NCBI GenBank assembly: GCA_964291495.2
Contig: OZ219871.1
Location: 1,344,001-1,408,000 of the forward strand
Direction: 5' to 3'
From: Dehalococcoidia bacterium
Lineage (GTDB): Bacteria; Chloroflexota; Dehalococcoidia; UBA2979
Length of the DNA: 64,000 nt
The notes below the pieces were generated by a model that did not search any database, had not been told where the DNA came from, and saw only the letters and a program-made list of their open reading frames with translations. Shown here piece after piece: positions 50,829-62,133 of the stretch (position 1 is the first letter of the stretch; each line of letters starts with the position of its first letter). The translations under genes and the position numbers were made by a program.

Positions 50829-51143
50829 GTGGTAAGTTCGCGACAACGGATCCGGATTCGGCTCAAGTCCTACGACCATCGCGTCCTGGACCGCTCCGCG
50901 AAGCAGATCGTGGAGACCGCCGAACGAACCGGCGCCGCCGTCGCCGGGCCCGTGCCGCTGCCCACGCGCATTCGCAAGTACACGGTGATTCGCTCGCCGT
51001 TCATCGACAAGGACTCGCGGGATCAGTTCGAGATTCGCACGCACAAGCGGCTGATCGACATCTTCGAACCGACCTCGCGCACGGTGGACACGCTGATGCG
51101 GCTGCAACTGCCGTCCGGCGTGGACATCGAGATCAAGCTGTAG
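50829..51143 (+). CDS. rpsJ: 30S ribosomal protein S10
   Basis: [17 protein letters not shown] and RTHKRLIDI. Confidence 0.98.
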   Translation: MVSSRQRIRIRLKSYDHRVLDRSAKQIVETAERTGAAVAGPVPLPTRIRKYTVIRSPFIDKDSRDQFEIRTHKRLIDIFEPTSRTVDTLMRLQLPSGVDIEIKL

Positions 51144-51162
51144 CGGACGCGAGGGCAGACCA

Positions 51163-52002
51163 GTGATTCGCGGGATGCTCGGCCGCAAGCTCGGAATGAT
51201 GCGCCTCTACGATGGCGGCGGGCAGGTGCGCGCCGTGACGGTGATCGAGCTCGGCCCCAACCGCGTCACCCAGCTGCGCACGCTGGAGCGCGACGGCTAC
51301 GAGGCCGTCCAGGTGGGCTACGGCGGCAACCGCAAGCGCCTCAACCGGCCGCGCCGCGGCCACCTGCGCAACGCTGGCCTCGAGGGCGAGGCGCTGTCCC
51401 TGCTGCGCGAGTTCCCCGCCGACGACCCCTCGGCGCATGCGACCGGCGACGTCGTGGTCTGCGACCAGTTCGAGCCCGGCCAGTACGTGGACGTCTCCGG
51501 TGTCTCGAAGGGGCGCGGCTTCGCCGGCGGCGTGAAGCGCTGGGGCTTCCACGGCGGCCCGAAGACGCACGGTCAGTCCGACCGCCACCGCGCGCCGGGC
51601 TCGATCGGCGCGGGCACCACACCCGGCAAGGTCTGGAAGGGCCAGAAGATGGCCGGGCACATGGGCGCGCGCAACACCTCTGTCCTCAACCTGCTCGTCG
51701 TCCAGTCCGACCCGATCCGCAACCTGCTGTTCGTCGAGGGCTCCGTGCCCGGCCCCAACAAGGGCCTCGTGACCGTCACGCCCGGCCGCAAGCCCGCGCG
51801 CAGCGACTACGAGCCGCCCGAGCTGCCCGAGCCGCCCGCGCTGGAGGCCGACGAGCCCGAGCCGGACGAGCCGGAGGAGACCGTGGCGGTCGCGGACGAG
51901 GACGCCGCCGCCGAGGCCAGCGCGGACGAGGCTGCCGAAGCGACCGACGACGAAGCGACCGACGACGAGGCCGCCGAGGCGAGCGAAGAGGAGCAGGAGT
52001 GA
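51163..52002 (+). CDS. rplC: 50S ribosomal protein L3 with acidic C-terminal tail
   Basis: [21 protein letters not shown] and KMAGHMG. Confidence 0.98.
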   Translation: MIRGMLGRKLGMMRLYDGGGQVRAVTVIELGPNRVTQLRTLERDGYEAVQVGYGGNRKRLNRPRRGHLRNAGLEGEALSLLREFPADDPSAHATGDVVVCDQFEPGQYVDVSGVSKGRGFAGGVKRWGFHGGPKTHGQSDRHRAPGSIGAGTTPGKVWKGQKMAGHMGARNTSVLNLLVVQSDPIRNLLFVEGSVPGPNKGLVTVTPGRKPARSDYEPPELPEPPALEADEPEPDEPEETVAVADEDAAAEASADEAAEATDDEATDDEAAEASEEEQE

Positions 52003-52679
52003 CGGAACTCCCGGTCCGCAACGCCGCCGGTGAGGCCCTCGATGCGATCGAGGTCGACGACGCCGTGTTCGGGATCACGCCGAACGAGGCGGTGGTGCAC
52101 CAGACGCTCGTTGCCCAGCTCGCCGCCCGCCGCGGCGGGCACCACAGCACGAAGTCTCGGGGCGAGGTCCGCGGGTCGACCGCGAAGATCCGCCGCCAGA
52201 AGGGCCTCGGCATGGCGCGCATGGGCTCCAACCGCTCGCCGATCCGGCGGGGCGGCGGCGTCGCCTTCGGTCCGAAGCCGCGCTCCTACGTGCAGCGCCT
52301 TCCGAAGCGGATGCGCCGCCTGGCGCTGCGCTCCGTGCTCTCCGCGCGCGTCCGCGACGAGCGCCTGCACGTGATCGACGAGCTGGCGCTCGAGGCGCCC
52401 TCGACGCGCGCGGCGCGCGAACTGCTGGAGACGCTCGGCATCGAGCGCTCGGTACTGATCGTGACCGGCGCCGCGGATCGCACGGCGTTCCTCTCGGCGC
52501 GCAACCTGCCGGGCGCGGACGTGGTCCCGGCCGACGTGCTGAACGTCGCCGACCTGCTCGCGCACCACTCGGTGCTGCTGACGGTCGACGCCGTGCGCCG
52601 CGCCGAGGCGCTGTGGGGCGGCGAGCGCGCCTCGGGCCGCCCGGCGCCGCCGCCCGAGCCCGTGACGGTGGAGGCCTGA
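51999..52679 (+). CDS. rplD: 50S ribosomal protein L4
   Basis: [16 protein letters not shown] and [11 protein letters not shown]. Confidence 0.97.
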   Translation: MTELPVRNAAGEALDAIEVDDAVFGITPNEAVVHQTLVAQLAARRGGHHSTKSRGEVRGSTAKIRRQKGLGMARMGSNRSPIRRGGGVAFGPKPRSYVQRLPKRMRRLALRSVLSARVRDERLHVIDELALEAPSTRAARELLETLGIERSVLIVTGAADRTAFLSARNLPGADVVPADVLNVADLLAHHSVLLTVDAVRRAEALWGGERASGRPAPPPEPVTVEA

Positions 52680-52681
52680 CG

Positions 52682-52978
52682 ATGCCGAAGGCGATCCATC
52701 CCTACCAGGTGCTGAAGCGCCCGATCATCACCGAGAAGTCGACGATGCTCGGCGCGCAGGGCCAGTACGTCTTCGAGGTGGACACGCGCGCCAACAAGCC
52801 GCAGATCGGCGAGGCCGTCGCGCGCGCCTTCGACGTCAACGTGGTCAAGGTGCGGACGATGATGGTGCGCGGACGCACGCGCCGCGTCGGCACGCGCATC
52901 GTGCGCCGCCCGGCCTGGAAGAAGGCGATCGTGACGCTCGCGCCGGGCGACCAGATCGAGTACTTCGAGGGGGTCTAG
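52682..52978 (+). CDS. rplW: 50S ribosomal protein L23
   Basis: [14 protein letters not shown] and WKKAIVTL. Confidence 0.97.
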   Translation: MPKAIHPYQVLKRPIITEKSTMLGAQGQYVFEVDTRANKPQIGEAVARAFDVNVVKVRTMMVRGRTRRVGTRIVRRPAWKKAIVTLAPGDQIEYFEGV

Positions 52979-52981
52979 GCG

Positions 52982-53821
52982 ATGCCGCTGCGCAACTTCA
53001 AGCCAACCTCTCCGGGCCGTCGCAACTCGATGGGCTACACCTTCGGCGAGATCACGAAGAAGAAGCCGGAGAAGAAGCTGCTCGCGACGAAGAAGCAGAA
53101 GGCGGGCCGCAACTCGCAGGGCCGCATCACCGTGCGCCATCGCGGCGGCGGTCACAAGCGCCGGATCCGCATCATCGACTTCAAGCGCGACAAGGACGGC
53201 GTCCCGGGCCGCGTCGCGGCGATCGAGTACGACCCCGGCCGCAGTGCGCGGATCGCGCTGATCTTTTACGCCGACGGCGACAAGCGGTACATCGTCGCGC
53301 CCGACGGGCTGGCCGTGGACGACACGATCGTCGCCGGCTCCGGATCGCCGATCAGCCCCGGCAACACGCTGCCGCTGCACGAGATTCCGCCGGGCACGAT
53401 GGTGCACAACGTGGAGCTGCAGCCCGGGCGCGGCGGCCAGCTGGGCCGCTCGGCGGGGACCGGCATCCAGGTGATGGCGCGCGACAGCGGCTACGTGCTG
53501 CTGCGTCTCCCCTCGGGCGAGATGCGGCAGGTGCTGGAGCGCTGCCGCGCGACGATCGGGACCGTCGGGAACCCGGAGCACGCGCTGATCAAGCTCGGCA
53601 AGGCGGGGCGCAACCGCCACCGCGGCCGCCGTCCGCAGGTGCGCGGCTCGGTGATGAACCCCGTCGATCACCCGCACGGCGGGGGCGAGGGCAAGTCGCC
53701 GATCGGGCTGCCCGGCCCGAAGACCCCGTGGGGCAAGCCGGCGCTCGGCTATCGCACGCGGCGCAACAAGCGCACCGACCGCTTCATCGTGCGGCGGCGC
53801 ACCCGAGGGCGGAGGCGCTAG
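52982..53821 (+). CDS. rplB: 50S ribosomal protein L2
   Basis: [13 protein letters not shown] and [13 protein letters not shown]. Confidence 0.99.
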   Translation: MPLRNFKPTSPGRRNSMGYTFGEITKKKPEKKLLATKKQKAGRNSQGRITVRHRGGGHKRRIRIIDFKRDKDGVPGRVAAIEYDPGRSARIALIFYADGDKRYIVAPDGLAVDDTIVAGSGSPISPGNTLPLHEIPPGTMVHNVELQPGRGGQLGRSAGTGIQVMARDSGYVLLRLPSGEMRQVLERCRATIGTVGNPEHALIKLGKAGRNRHRGRRPQVRGSVMNPVDHPHGGGEGKSPIGLPGPKTPWGKPALGYRTRRNKRTDRFIVRRRTRGRRR

Positions 53822-53823
53822 CG

Positions 53824-54108
53824 ATGTCACGCTCAACGAAGAAGGGGCCGTACATCCACCCGAAGCTGCTGAAGAAGGTGGAGGCGGCCCAGCGCTCGCA
53901 GAGCAAGCAGGTGATCCGCACTTGGTCGCGCGCCTCGACGATCATGCCGGAGATGGTGGGTCTGACCATCGCCGTGCACGACGGCCGTCGCCATGTGCCG
54001 GTCTTCTGCACGGAGAACATGGTCGGCCACAAGCTCGGCGAGTTCGCCTTCACCCGCACCTTCCGGGGCCACCGTGGCCGCAGCGAGCAGACCTCGAGGG
54101 CGCGGTGA
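53824..54108 (+). CDS. rpsS: 30S ribosomal protein S19
   Basis: [15 protein letters not shown] and MVGHKLGEF. Confidence 0.98.
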   Translation: MSRSTKKGPYIHPKLLKKVEAAQRSQSKQVIRTWSRASTIMPEMVGLTIAVHDGRRHVPVFCTENMVGHKLGEFAFTRTFRGHRGRSEQTSRAR

Positions 54109-54449
54109 TGGAAGTACGTGCCGTCCACCGCGACGCGAAGGTGTCGCCGCGCAAGGTGCGGCTGATCCTCGAACTGATCCGCGGCAAGTCCGCGAGCGAG
54201 GCGCTGACGCTGCTGGAATTCCTGCCGCAGCCCTCGGCGCGGATGGTCTGGAAGGCGGTCAAGTCCGCGATGGCCAACGCCGAGAACAACTTCAACCTCA
54301 ACCCGGACGCGCTGGTCATCAAGCGCGCCGACGCCGGCGACGCGCGCACGCTGCGCCGCTACAAGGCGCGCTCGCGCGGCCGCGTCTCCCCGCGCCTCAA
54401 GCGCTACAGCCACATCGAGATCGTCGTAGACGGTGACGAGGTGTTCTGA
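54108..54449 (+). CDS. rplV: 50S ribosomal protein L22
   Basis: SPRKVRL, SAMANAENN and RSRGR. Confidence 0.97.
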   Translation: MEVRAVHRDAKVSPRKVRLILELIRGKSASEALTLLEFLPQPSARMVWKAVKSAMANAENNFNLNPDALVIKRADAGDARTLRRYKARSRGRVSPRLKRYSHIEIVVDGDEVF

Positions 54450-55117
54450 TGGGTCGCAAGGTTCACCCCTACGGCTTCCGTGTCGGCGTGACGAAGCACT
54501 GGCAGGCGCGCTGGTTCAGCGAGCGCGACTACGCCGCGCTGGTCCACGAGGACCTGAGGATGCGCAGCATCGTGCTCGACAGCCTGCCTGACGCCGGCAT
54601 CTCCGAGATCACGATCGACCGCAACGCCAACCAGCTGACGCTGACCGTGCAGACCGCCAAGCCGGGCATCGTGATCGGCCGCGGCGGCGCCAACGTGGAG
54701 CAGCTGCGGAACGCCCTCGAGCGGGCGACCGATCGGCGCGTGCGGCTGAACATCGAGGAGATTCGCGTCCCGGAGATGGACGCCTACCTCGTCGCCCGCT
54801 CCGTGGCGGACCAGCTCGAGCGCCGCGTGGCGTTCCGGCGGGCGATGAAGCAGTCCCTGCAGCGCACGATGTCGCGCGGGGCGCTGGGCTGCAAGATCAA
54901 GATCGGCGGGCGCCTCGGCGGCGCCGAGATGTCCCGCTCCGAGTACGAGATGCAGGGCCGCGTGCCGCTGCACACGCTGCGCGCGGACATCGACTACGGC
55001 CTGGCCGAGGCGCGGACGACGTTCGGCGTGATCGGCGTGAAGTGCTGGATCTACAAGGGCGAGATCACGCCGGAGCGCTCGCCCTTCGTGCTCGCCGGCG
55101 GCGACGAGGCGGAGTAG
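54449..55117 (+). CDS. rpsC: 30S ribosomal protein S3
   Basis: [20 protein letters not shown] and [14 protein letters not shown]. Confidence 0.98.
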   Translation: MGRKVHPYGFRVGVTKHWQARWFSERDYAALVHEDLRMRSIVLDSLPDAGISEITIDRNANQLTLTVQTAKPGIVIGRGGANVEQLRNALERATDRRVRLNIEEIRVPEMDAYLVARSVADQLERRVAFRRAMKQSLQRTMSRGALGCKIKIGGRLGGAEMSRSEYEMQGRVPLHTLRADIDYGLAEARTTFGVIGVKCWIYKGEITPERSPFVLAGGDEAE

Positions 55118-55121
55118 CGCG

Positions 55122-55535
55122 ATGTTGATGCCTCGGCGCGTCCGTTACCGCAAACAGCACCGCGGCAAGCGCCGGGGCATGGCGCACACGGGCAACTCCG
55201 TGGCGTTCGGCGAGTGGGGCCTGCAGGCGCAGACCACTGGCTGGGTCGACGCCCGTCAGATCGAGGCGGCGCGGCGCGCGATCACCGGGTCGCTGCGACG
55301 TGGCGGCAAGGTCTGGATCCGTGTCTTCCCGGACAAGCCCGTCACCAAGAAGCCCGTCGAGACGCGCATGGGCAAGGGCAAGGGCGCGCCCGACCACTGG
55401 GTCGCCGTCGTCAAGCGCGGCCGTGTGATGTTCGAGGTGGCCGGTGTGCCCGAGGACGCGGTGCGTGAGGCTTTCCGCCGCGCCCACCACAAGCTGTCCG
55501 TCAAGACGAAGATGATCCCTCGCGAGGAAGTGTGA
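55122..55535 (+). CDS. rplP: 50S ribosomal protein L16
   Basis: [18 protein letters not shown] and RMGKGKG. Confidence 0.98.
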   Translation: MLMPRRVRYRKQHRGKRRGMAHTGNSVAFGEWGLQAQTTGWVDARQIEAARRAITGSLRRGGKVWIRVFPDKPVTKKPVETRMGKGKGAPDHWVAVVKRGRVMFEVAGVPEDAVREAFRRAHHKLSVKTKMIPREEV

Positions 55536-55795
55536 TGACCGCGCAGGAAACCGCCGATCTGCGGGCGCTGCCCTCGGACGAGCTCCAGCAGGAGCTCGAC
55601 GAGAGCCTGCGTGCGCTCTTCAACCTGCGCTTCCAGGCGGCGACGCGTCAGCTCGCCGACGTATCGCAGGTGCGCCAGGCGCGCCGCCGCGTTGCACGCG
55701 TGCGCACGCTGCTGCGCGAGCGCGAGATCCTGGCCGCGATCGCCGTGAACGGCGAGGCGCCCGAGAGCGACACCGATGAGGGGGAGCGGGAGTAA
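55535..55795 (+). CDS. rpmC: 50S ribosomal protein L29
   Basis: LFNLRFQ.AT.QL and RRRVARVRT; position in the S10 operon. Confidence 0.95.
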   Translation: MTAQETADLRALPSDELQQELDESLRALFNLRFQAATRQLADVSQVRQARRRVARVRTLLREREILAAIAVNGEAPESDTDEGERE

Positions 55796-55798
55796 GCC

Positions 55799-56665
55799 GT
55801 GGTTCAGGCCGAGCAGGCAGTTGAGCGCAAGGTGAACCGCAAGAGGCGGAGCGGCGTCGTGGTCTCGCACGGCAACGACAAGACCGTGATCGTGGCCGTC
55901 GCGTCCGCCTCGCGGCACCGGCTCTACCGCAAGGTGATCCGGCGCACGAAGCGCTACCCGGTGCACGACCCCGAGAACAGCGCCACCACGGGCGACCTCG
56001 TCGTCATCGAGGAGAGCCGGCCGATCAGCAAGACGAAGCGCTGGCGGCTGGTGGAGGTGATCACCGAGCGCGAGGTCGCCGAGGTCGCGCCGGAGTCGAT
56101 CGACGAGGCGCTGGTCGACGAGATGCAGCGCACCGCCGCTCGCGCCGCCGCCGAGGCGGAGGAGGCCGCGGAGGCGGCCGAAGAGCCCGCAGCGGAGGCC
56201 GAGACCGTAGAACCCACGGCAGAGGCCGAGGAGCCCGCGGCGGAGGCCGAGACCGAAGAGCCCGCGGCGGAGGCCGAGACCGAAGAGCCCGCAGCGGAGG
56301 CAGAGGCCGAGGAGCCCGCAGCGGAGGCAGAGGCCGAGGAGCCCGCAGCGGAGGCAGAGGCCGAGGAGCCCGCGGCGGAGGCAGAGGCCGAGGAGCCCGC
56401 GGCGGAGGCAGAGGCCGAGGAGCCCGCGGCGGAGGCAGAGGCCGAGGAGCCCGCGGCAGAGGCAGAGGCCGACGAGCCCGCGGCGGAGGCAGAGGCCGAA
56501 GAACCCGCGGCAGAGGCAGAGGCCGAGGAGCCCGCGGCGGAAGCCGAAGCCGAAGAGCCGACCGCCGAGGCCGAGGCGGAAGCTGAAGCCGAAGAGCCGA
56601 CCGCCGAGGCCGAGGCGGAAGCTGAAGAAGACGAAGAGAAGACCGAGGAGTCCGCAGCGCAATGA
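55799..56665 (+). CDS. rpsQ: 30S ribosomal protein S17 with very long acidic repeat tail
   Basis: GVVVS..NDKTVIV, HDPEN and [13 protein letters not shown], followed by ~190 aa of E/A/P repeats. Confidence 0.96.
   Translation: MVQAEQAVERKVNRKRRSGVVVSHGNDKTVIVAVASASRHRLYRKVIRRTKRYPVHDPENSATTGDLVVIEESRPISKTKRWRLVEVITEREVAEVAPESIDEALVDEMQRTAARAAAEAEEAAEAAEEPAAEAETVEPTAEAEEPAAEAETEEPAAEAETEEPAAEAEAEEPAAEAEAEEPAAEAEAEEPAAEAEAEEPAAEAEAEEPAAEAEAEEPAAEAEADEPAAEAEAEEPAAEAEAEEPAAEAEAEEPTAEAEAEAEAEEPTAEAEAEAEEDEEKTEESAAQ
56181..56625 (+). repeat. About 16 in-frame tandem repeats, mostly 27 nt (EEPAAEAEA), in the S17 tail
   Basis: Unit gaggagcccgc(g/a)gcggaggcagaggcc repeated nearly perfectly in the centre and degenerate at the edges. 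Confidence 0.95.
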
Positions 56666-57033
56666 TCCAGCAGGAGAGCCGGGTCAAGGTCGCCGACAAC
56701 TCGGGCGCGCGCGAGTTGCTCTGCATCCGCGTGCTCGGCGGCAGCGGCCGGCGCTACGCGCGCGTGGGCGACGTGATCGTCGCCACCGTGAAAGAGGCGC
56801 AGCCGAACAGCCCGGTGCCGAAGGGCGAGGTGGTGACGGCCGTGATCGTGCGCACCGCCAAGCCGTTCCAGCGCCCCGACGGCTCCTCGATCCGCTTCGA
56901 CGAGAACGCGGCCGTCGTGCTCGCCGACCGCGAGGGCAACCCGCGCGGGACGCGCATCTCCGGGCCAGTCGCGCGCGAGCTGCGCGACCGCCAGTTCATG
57001 CGCATCGTCTCGCTTGCCCCGGAGGTGCTGTGA
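56662..57033 (+). CDS. rplN: 50S ribosomal protein L14
   Basis: [21 protein letters not shown] and SLAPEVL. Confidence 0.98.
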   Translation: MIQQESRVKVADNSGARELLCIRVLGGSGRRYARVGDVIVATVKEAQPNSPVPKGEVVTAVIVRTAKPFQRPDGSSIRFDENAAVVLADREGNPRGTRISGPVARELRDRQFMRIVSLAPEVL

Positions 57034-57350
57034 TGGCCTCCAAGATCCGGCGGCGCGACACCGTGCAGGTGCAGACCGGCAAGGACCGCGGCCGGCGCGG
57101 CGAGGTGCGACAGGTGCTGCGCGGCGCGCAGCGCGTGATCGTGACCGGCGCGAACATGGTCAAGAAGCACCGCCGCTCGCGCAGCCCTACGGCGCCATCC
57201 GAGATCCTCGAGGTGGAGGCGCCCCTGCACATCTCGAACGTGGCGCTGGTCTGCGGCGGTTGCGACGAGCCGACGCGGGTCGGCTTCCGCGTGCTCGGCG
57301 ACGGCCGCAAGGTCCGCTACTGCAAGTCCTGTGACGAGGCGATCGACTGA
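57033..57350 (+). CDS. rplX: 50S ribosomal protein L24
   Basis: KOW motif [14 protein letters not shown] and two CxxC. Confidence 0.96.
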   Translation: MASKIRRRDTVQVQTGKDRGRRGEVRQVLRGAQRVIVTGANMVKKHRRSRSPTAPSEILEVEAPLHISNVALVCGGCDEPTRVGFRVLGDGRKVRYCKSCDEAID

Positions 57351-57916
57351 TGAGCGAACAGAACAACGGCTACACACCCCGGCTGCTGGCCCGCTACCAG
57401 CAGGAGGTGCACGACGCGCTGATGCGCGAGTTCGGCTACGGCAACCCGATGCAGGCGCCGACGCTGGAGAAGATCAACGTCAACGTCGGCCTCGGCGAGG
57501 CGCTCGACAACGCCCGTGCGATCGAGACGGCGACGACCGACCTCAAGGCGATCACCGGGCAGCAGCCGGTGGTCACCAGGGCGAAGCGCGCGATCTCCAA
57601 CTTCCGGCTGCGCGCGGGCAACCCGATCGGGCTGAAGCTGACGCTGCGCGGCGTGCGCATGTGGGAGTTCTACGACCGCCTCGTGAACATCGCGCTGCCG
57701 CGCGTGCGCGACTTCCGGGGGGTGCCGGAGCACTCGTTCGATGGGCGCGGCAACTTCGCGCTGGGGATTCGCGAGCAGATGATCTTCCCGGAGATCAACT
57801 ACGACAGCGTCGATCGCGTGCGCGGGCTGCAGGTCAACATCATTACCAGCGCGCGCAACGACGAAGAAGGCAAGCGGCTGCTGGAACTGCTCGGCATGCC
57901 GTTCCGGCGGACGTAG
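57350..57916 (+). CDS. rplE: 50S ribosomal protein L5
   Basis: [16 protein letters not shown] and FDGRGN. Confidence 0.98.
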   Translation: MSEQNNGYTPRLLARYQQEVHDALMREFGYGNPMQAPTLEKINVNVGLGEALDNARAIETATTDLKAITGQQPVVTRAKRAISNFRLRAGNPIGLKLTLRGVRMWEFYDRLVNIALPRVRDFRGVPEHSFDGRGNFALGIREQMIFPEINYDSVDRVRGLQVNIITSARNDEEGKRLLELLGMPFRRT

Positions 57917-57933
57917 GCGGCGAGGACGGGATC

Positions 57934-58137
57934 ATGGCGCGAAAATCGCTGATCGCGAAGGCCCAGCGCGAGCCGAAGTTCTCGGCGCGGAAGGTCAACC
58001 GCTGCCCGGTGGTGTGGCGCTCGCGGCCGTGCGGCCGCGCTCGCGGCTATATGCGCCGCTTCGAGATGTGCCGCATCTGTTTCCGCACGCTCGCCAACCA
58101 GGGAAAGCTCCCCGGCGTCCGCAAGTCATCGTGGTAG
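57934..58137 (+). CDS. rpsZ: 30S ribosomal protein S14 type Z
   Basis: [23 protein letters not shown] and PGVRKSSW. Confidence 0.95.
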   Translation: MARKSLIAKAQREPKFSARKVNRCPVVWRSRPCGRARGYMRRFEMCRICFRTLANQGKLPGVRKSSW

Positions 58138-58177
58138 CCGGGACGCCGAGGAAGCAACAGGAAGGGAGCACGAGCGC

Positions 58178-58576
58178 ATGAGCATGTCCGATCCGCTCGC
58201 CGACATGTGCACCCGCATCCGCAACGCCGTCATGGCGAAGCACGAGAGCGTGCGCGTCCCCGCCTCCAAGGTGAAGCGCGCGATCGCCGACGTGCTTCAG
58301 TCCGAGGGCTTCATCGCGGGCTATTCGGAGGAGCAGGACGGCAGCCGCAGCTATCTGCGGCTGCGGCTGAACTATGTGAGCGACCAGCAGGCCGCGATCG
58401 GCGGCATCCGCCGCGTCTCGCGGCCGGGCCTGCGCGTCTACGTGAACAAGCGCGAGATTCCGCGCGTCTACGGCGGACTCGGCGTGGCGATCATGAGCAC
58501 CTCCAGCGGCGTGATGACCGGCCAGGAAGCCTGGCGTCGCAACGTCGGCGGCGAAGTGCTCTGCTACGTCTGGTAG
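58178..58576 (+). CDS. rpsH: 30S ribosomal protein S8
   Basis: DPLADMCTRIRN, SRPGLRVY and GGEVLCYVW. Confidence 0.98.
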   Translation: MSMSDPLADMCTRIRNAVMAKHESVRVPASKVKRAIADVLQSEGFIAGYSEEQDGSRSYLRLRLNYVSDQQAAIGGIRRVSRPGLRVYVNKREIPRVYGGLGVAIMSTSSGVMTGQEAWRRNVGGEVLCYVW

Positions 58577-58601
58577 CGGCGAGGAAACGAGGAGCAGCGA
58601 G

Positions 58602-59135
58602 ATGTCCCGCGTCGGCAAGGCGCCGGTCCCGATCCCCGATGGCGTCGAGGTGACCCTTGACGGCGGCCGCTGCCACGTGCGCGGTCCGCGGGGCGACCTG
58701 CAGCAGCAACTGCGCGCGGAGATGGACGTGCGCATCGAGGACGGCGTGCTGACCGTGCACCGCCCCTCGGACGCGCCCACGCACCGCGCGCTGCACGGGC
58801 TGACGCGCGCGCTGATCCACAACATGGTCGTCGGCGTCACCGAGGGCTTCCGCAAGACCCTCGAGATCCACGGCACCGGCTACCGCGCCGAGATGCGCGG
58901 CGACTCGCTGGTGCTCAACGTCGGCTTCTCCCACCAGGTGCAACTCGACCCGATCGAGGGCGCGACCTTCGAGCTGGAGACGCCGACCGTCGTGCATATC
59001 GACGGCATCGACAAGCAGATCGTCGGCCAGCAGGCCGCGCTCGTGCGCCGCGTGCGGCCGCCCGAGCCCTACCAGGGCAAGGGCATCCGCTACCGCGGCG
59101 AGCAGGTGCGCCGCAAGGCCGGCAAGCGGACGTAG
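58602..59135 (+). CDS. rplF: 50S ribosomal protein L6
   Basis: [14 protein letters not shown] and [11 protein letters not shown]. Confidence 0.98.
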   Translation: MSRVGKAPVPIPDGVEVTLDGGRCHVRGPRGDLQQQLRAEMDVRIEDGVLTVHRPSDAPTHRALHGLTRALIHNMVVGVTEGFRKTLEIHGTGYRAEMRGDSLVLNVGFSHQVQLDPIEGATFELETPTVVHIDGIDKQIVGQQAALVRRVRPPEPYQGKGIRYRGEQVRRKAGKRT

Positions 59136-59155
59136 GACGAGGCGGGGAAGCAGCG

Positions 59156-59524
59156 ATGGGCAGCGACCAACAGACACGGCGAGCCGCGCGCCTGCGCCGC
59201 CACCGGCGCCTGCGCAAGCGCGTCCACGGCGTGCCGGAGCGGCCGCGGCTCTGCGTCTATCGCTCCGCGCGCTACATCTACGCGCAGCTGATCGACGACG
59301 ACGCCGGACGCACGCTGGTGCAGGCGTCCGACATCGAGCCCTCGCTGCGCGAGGGCGCCGGCGAGACGAAGGTCGAGCGCGCGCGCGCCGTCGGCGAGCT
59401 GGTCGCGAAGCGCGCCCGCGAGGCCGGGCACGAGGCCGTGGTCTTCGATCGCGGCGGATTCGCCTACAAGGGACGGGTGCGCGCGCTGGCCGAGGCAGCG
59501 CGCGAGGAAGGCCTGGTCTTCTGA
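59156..59524 (+). CDS. rplR: 50S ribosomal protein L18
   Basis: RPRLCVYRS and [13 protein letters not shown]. Confidence 0.98.
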   Translation: MGSDQQTRRAARLRRHRRLRKRVHGVPERPRLCVYRSARYIYAQLIDDDAGRTLVQASDIEPSLREGAGETKVERARAVGELVAKRAREAGHEAVVFDRGGFAYKGRVRALAEAAREEGLVF

Positions 59525-60099
59525 TGGTCCAACAGCAGGGCGGACGTGGCGGCCGGGGCGGCGGACGCGGCCAGCGCGGCGAGCGCGGGCGGCGCGACCG
59601 GCGCCGCGATGCCGATCCCGAGGGCCCCGACTACATCGAGAAGGTCGTGCACATCAACCGCGTCGCGAAGGTCGTGAAGGGCGGGCGGCGCTTCTCCTTC
59701 ACCGCCATCGTCGTCGTCGGCGACGGCGAGGGCCGCGTCGGCTTCGGCATGGGCCGCGCCAACGAGGTGCCCGAGGCGATTCGCAAGGGCGGCGTGATCG
59801 CGCGCCGCTCGATGACGACGATCGCGCTCCATCAGGGCACGATCGCGCACGAGACGATCGCCCGCTTCAAGGCCTCGAAGGTCGTGATGCGCCCCGCCGC
59901 GCCCGGCACCGGCATCATCGCCGGCGGCGGCGTGCGCGCCGTCCTCGAGGCGGCCGGCGTGACCGACGTGCTGACCAAGTCGCTCGGCTCCAACAACCCC
60001 GTCAACCTCGTGCGCGCGACCGTCGAGGGGCTGGTCGCGCTGCGGCACCCGGGCGCCGTCGTCTCGGCGCGGCGGGCGCTGGTGGAGGCGGGCTCGTGA
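59524..60099 (+). CDS. rpsE: 30S ribosomal protein S5 with RG-rich N-terminus
   Basis: [16 protein letters not shown] and GTGIIAGG. Confidence 0.98.
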   Translation: MVQQQGGRGGRGGGRGQRGERGRRDRRRDADPEGPDYIEKVVHINRVAKVVKGGRRFSFTAIVVVGDGEGRVGFGMGRANEVPEAIRKGGVIARRSMTTIALHQGTIAHETIARFKASKVVMRPAAPGTGIIAGGGVRAVLEAAGVTDVLTKSLGSNNPVNLVRATVEGLVALRHPGAVVSARRALVEAGS

Positions 60100-60278
60100 G
60101 CAAGCTGCGCATCACCTGGACGAAGTCGGCGATCGGCTACGCGGAGCGCCAGAAGGCGACGATCCGCGCGCTCGGGCTGAAGCGCATCCGCCACAGCGTC
60201 GAGCACGACGACACGCCGTCGATCCGCGGGATGGCGCACAGGGTCCGGCACCTCGTGACGGTCGAGGAGGTCGAGTAG
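60096..60278 (+). CDS. rpmD: 50S ribosomal protein L30
   Basis: [18 protein letters not shown] and IRGM. Confidence 0.97.
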   Translation: MSKLRITWTKSAIGYAERQKATIRALGLKRIRHSVEHDDTPSIRGMAHRVRHLVTVEEVE

Positions 60279-60779
60279 GTGGATCAGCACAAGCTGCAAC
60301 CGCCGAAGGGCGCGAAGAAGTCCCGCATCCGGCGCGGTCGCGGCAACGCGTCCGGCAAGGGCACGTACTCCGGGCGCGGACTGAAGGGCCAGAAGTCGCG
60401 CTCCGGCGGCAAGGTCCGGCCCGGCTTCGAGGGCGGCCAGATCCCGCTGATCCGCCGCCTCGCCCGCAAGCCTGGCTTCCGCAACTTCTCTCGCGTCGAG
60501 TTCCAGGCCGTGAACCTGCGCGACATCGCCGCCCGCTTCGAGGCCGGCGCCGAGGTCGACGCCGAGGCGCTCGCCGCCGCGCGGCTGATCGACGGTCCCG
60601 ACGAGCCCTTCAAGGTGCTCGCCGACGGCGAGCTCGGCCACGCGCTGACGGTGCGCGCGCCGCGCCTCTCGGCCGCTGCCAAGGAGGCGATCAGCGCCGC
60701 GGGCGGCAGCTTCGAGGAGCTGGCCCCGGCCGTGAAGCGCGTCCGCAACCGCATCCACCGCCGCGGGGAGGGCAGCTAG
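60279..60779 (+). CDS. rplO: 50S ribosomal protein L15
   Basis: GRGNASGKG, GQKSRSG and FEGGQ. Confidence 0.98.
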   Translation: MDQHKLQPPKGAKKSRIRRGRGNASGKGTYSGRGLKGQKSRSGGKVRPGFEGGQIPLIRRLARKPGFRNFSRVEFQAVNLRDIAARFEAGAEVDAEALAAARLIDGPDEPFKVLADGELGHALTVRAPRLSAAAKEAISAAGGSFEELAPAVKRVRNRIHRRGEGS

Positions 60780-62117
60780 GTGGCTCAGCAGGAAGCGCCG
60801 GCGGCCCGTCCGCGGCTGCTTCAGGCCGCCGTCGATGCCTTCGGGCAGCCGGACGTGCGGAAGAAGATCCTCTTCACGCTCGCGATGCTGCTCGTCTTCC
60901 GCTTCGTCGCCCATGTCCCCGTGCCGGGCGTCAACTCCGACCGCCTGCAGGACGTCTTCGACAACAACGCGATCCTCGGCTTCCTCAACATCTTCTCGGG
61001 TGGCGCGCTGGAGAACCTCTCCGTCGCCGCGCTCGGCGTCTACCCGTACATCACCGCCTCGATCGTCATGCAGCTCGCCGTGCCGCTGATGCCGCGGCTG
61101 CAGGCGCTCTCCCGCGAGGGCGAGTCCGGCCGCCAGAAGATCCAGGTCTACACGCACTGGCTGACAGTGCCGCTCGCCTTCTTCCAGGGCTACGCGCAGT
61201 TGCTGCTCATCCAGCAGTTCGGCGGCATCGAGGACATCGGGCTGGGCGGGGGCAACGCGCTGCCCACGATCGCCACGATCATCTCGATGGTGGCGGGCAC
61301 GATGTTCCTCGTCTGGCTCGGCGAGCTGATCTCGGAGGAGGGCATCGGCAACGGCATCTCGCTGATCATCTTCGGCGGCATCGTGGCCGGGCTGCCGGGC
61401 ATCATCGGCCGCAGCACGCTCACGGGCACGGCCGCACTGACCGGCGGCATCTTCCTGCTGGTCGTGATCACGATCGCGGTGATCGCGATGATCGTGCTCT
61501 TCCAGGAGGCGCAGCGCCGCATCCCCGTGCAGTACGCACGCTCCACGATCCGCGGAGGGCGGATGTACCGTCAGCAGGGCCAGACGCACATCCCGCTGCG
61601 CGTCAACAGCGCCGGGATGATCCCGCTGATCTTCGCCTTCTCGATCATGATCTTCCCGCCCGTGGCCGCGCAGTTCCTCGCGGAGACCTCGGACATCGGC
61701 TGGATCACGAGCGTCGCGAGGTTCTTCGAGAACGCGCTGACGCCGGAGAACTTCCCGTACTGGGCCCTCGTCTTCGTGCTGGTGATGCTGTTCACGTTCT
61801 TCTACACGATGGTGCAGTTCCAGCAGCAGAACCTGGCCGAGAACCTGCAGCGCCAGGGCGGCTTCATCCCCGGCATCCGGCCCGGCCGGCCGACGCAGGA
61901 GTACATCACGCGGGTGCTGGTGCGGATCACCTGGGGTGGCGCGATCTTCCTCGGCTTCATCTCCGTGCTGCCCTTCTTCGCGACCGATCTGACGGGCGTC
62001 CAGGCGCTGCAGATCAGCGCCGCCGGGTTGCTGATCGTCGTCGGTGTCGTGATCGACACGATGCGCCAGCTGGAGGCGCAGATGCTGATGCGCAACTACG
62101 AGGGGTTCATCGGATGA
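60780..62117 (+). CDS. secY: Preprotein translocase subunit SecY
   Basis: ALGVYPYITASI, GIGNGISL, GMIPLIFA and FIPGIRPG. Confidence 0.99.
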   Translation: MAQQEAPAARPRLLQAAVDAFGQPDVRKKILFTLAMLLVFRFVAHVPVPGVNSDRLQDVFDNNAILGFLNIFSGGALENLSVAALGVYPYITASIVMQLAVPLMPRLQALSREGESGRQKIQVYTHWLTVPLAFFQGYAQLLLIQQFGGIEDIGLGGGNALPTIATIISMVAGTMFLVWLGELISEEGIGNGISLIIFGGIVAGLPGIIGRSTLTGTAALTGGIFLLVVITIAVIAMIVLFQEAQRRIPVQYARSTIRGGRMYRQQGQTHIPLRVNSAGMIPLIFAFSIMIFPPVAAQFLAETSDIGWITSVARFFENALTPENFPYWALVFVLVMLFTFFYTMVQFQQQNLAENLQRQGGFIPGIRPGRPTQEYITRVLVRITWGGAIFLGFISVLPFFATDLTGVQALQISAAGLLIVVGVVIDTMRQLEAQMLMRNYEGFIG

Positions 62118-62133
62118 GGCAGGTGGCGCTGCG

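Noticed and set aside
56181-56625. Regular repeats that could be mistaken for a CRISPR array
   Set aside because: Head-to-tail 27-nt units with no unique spacers, in frame within rpsQ, and no cas genes in the window.
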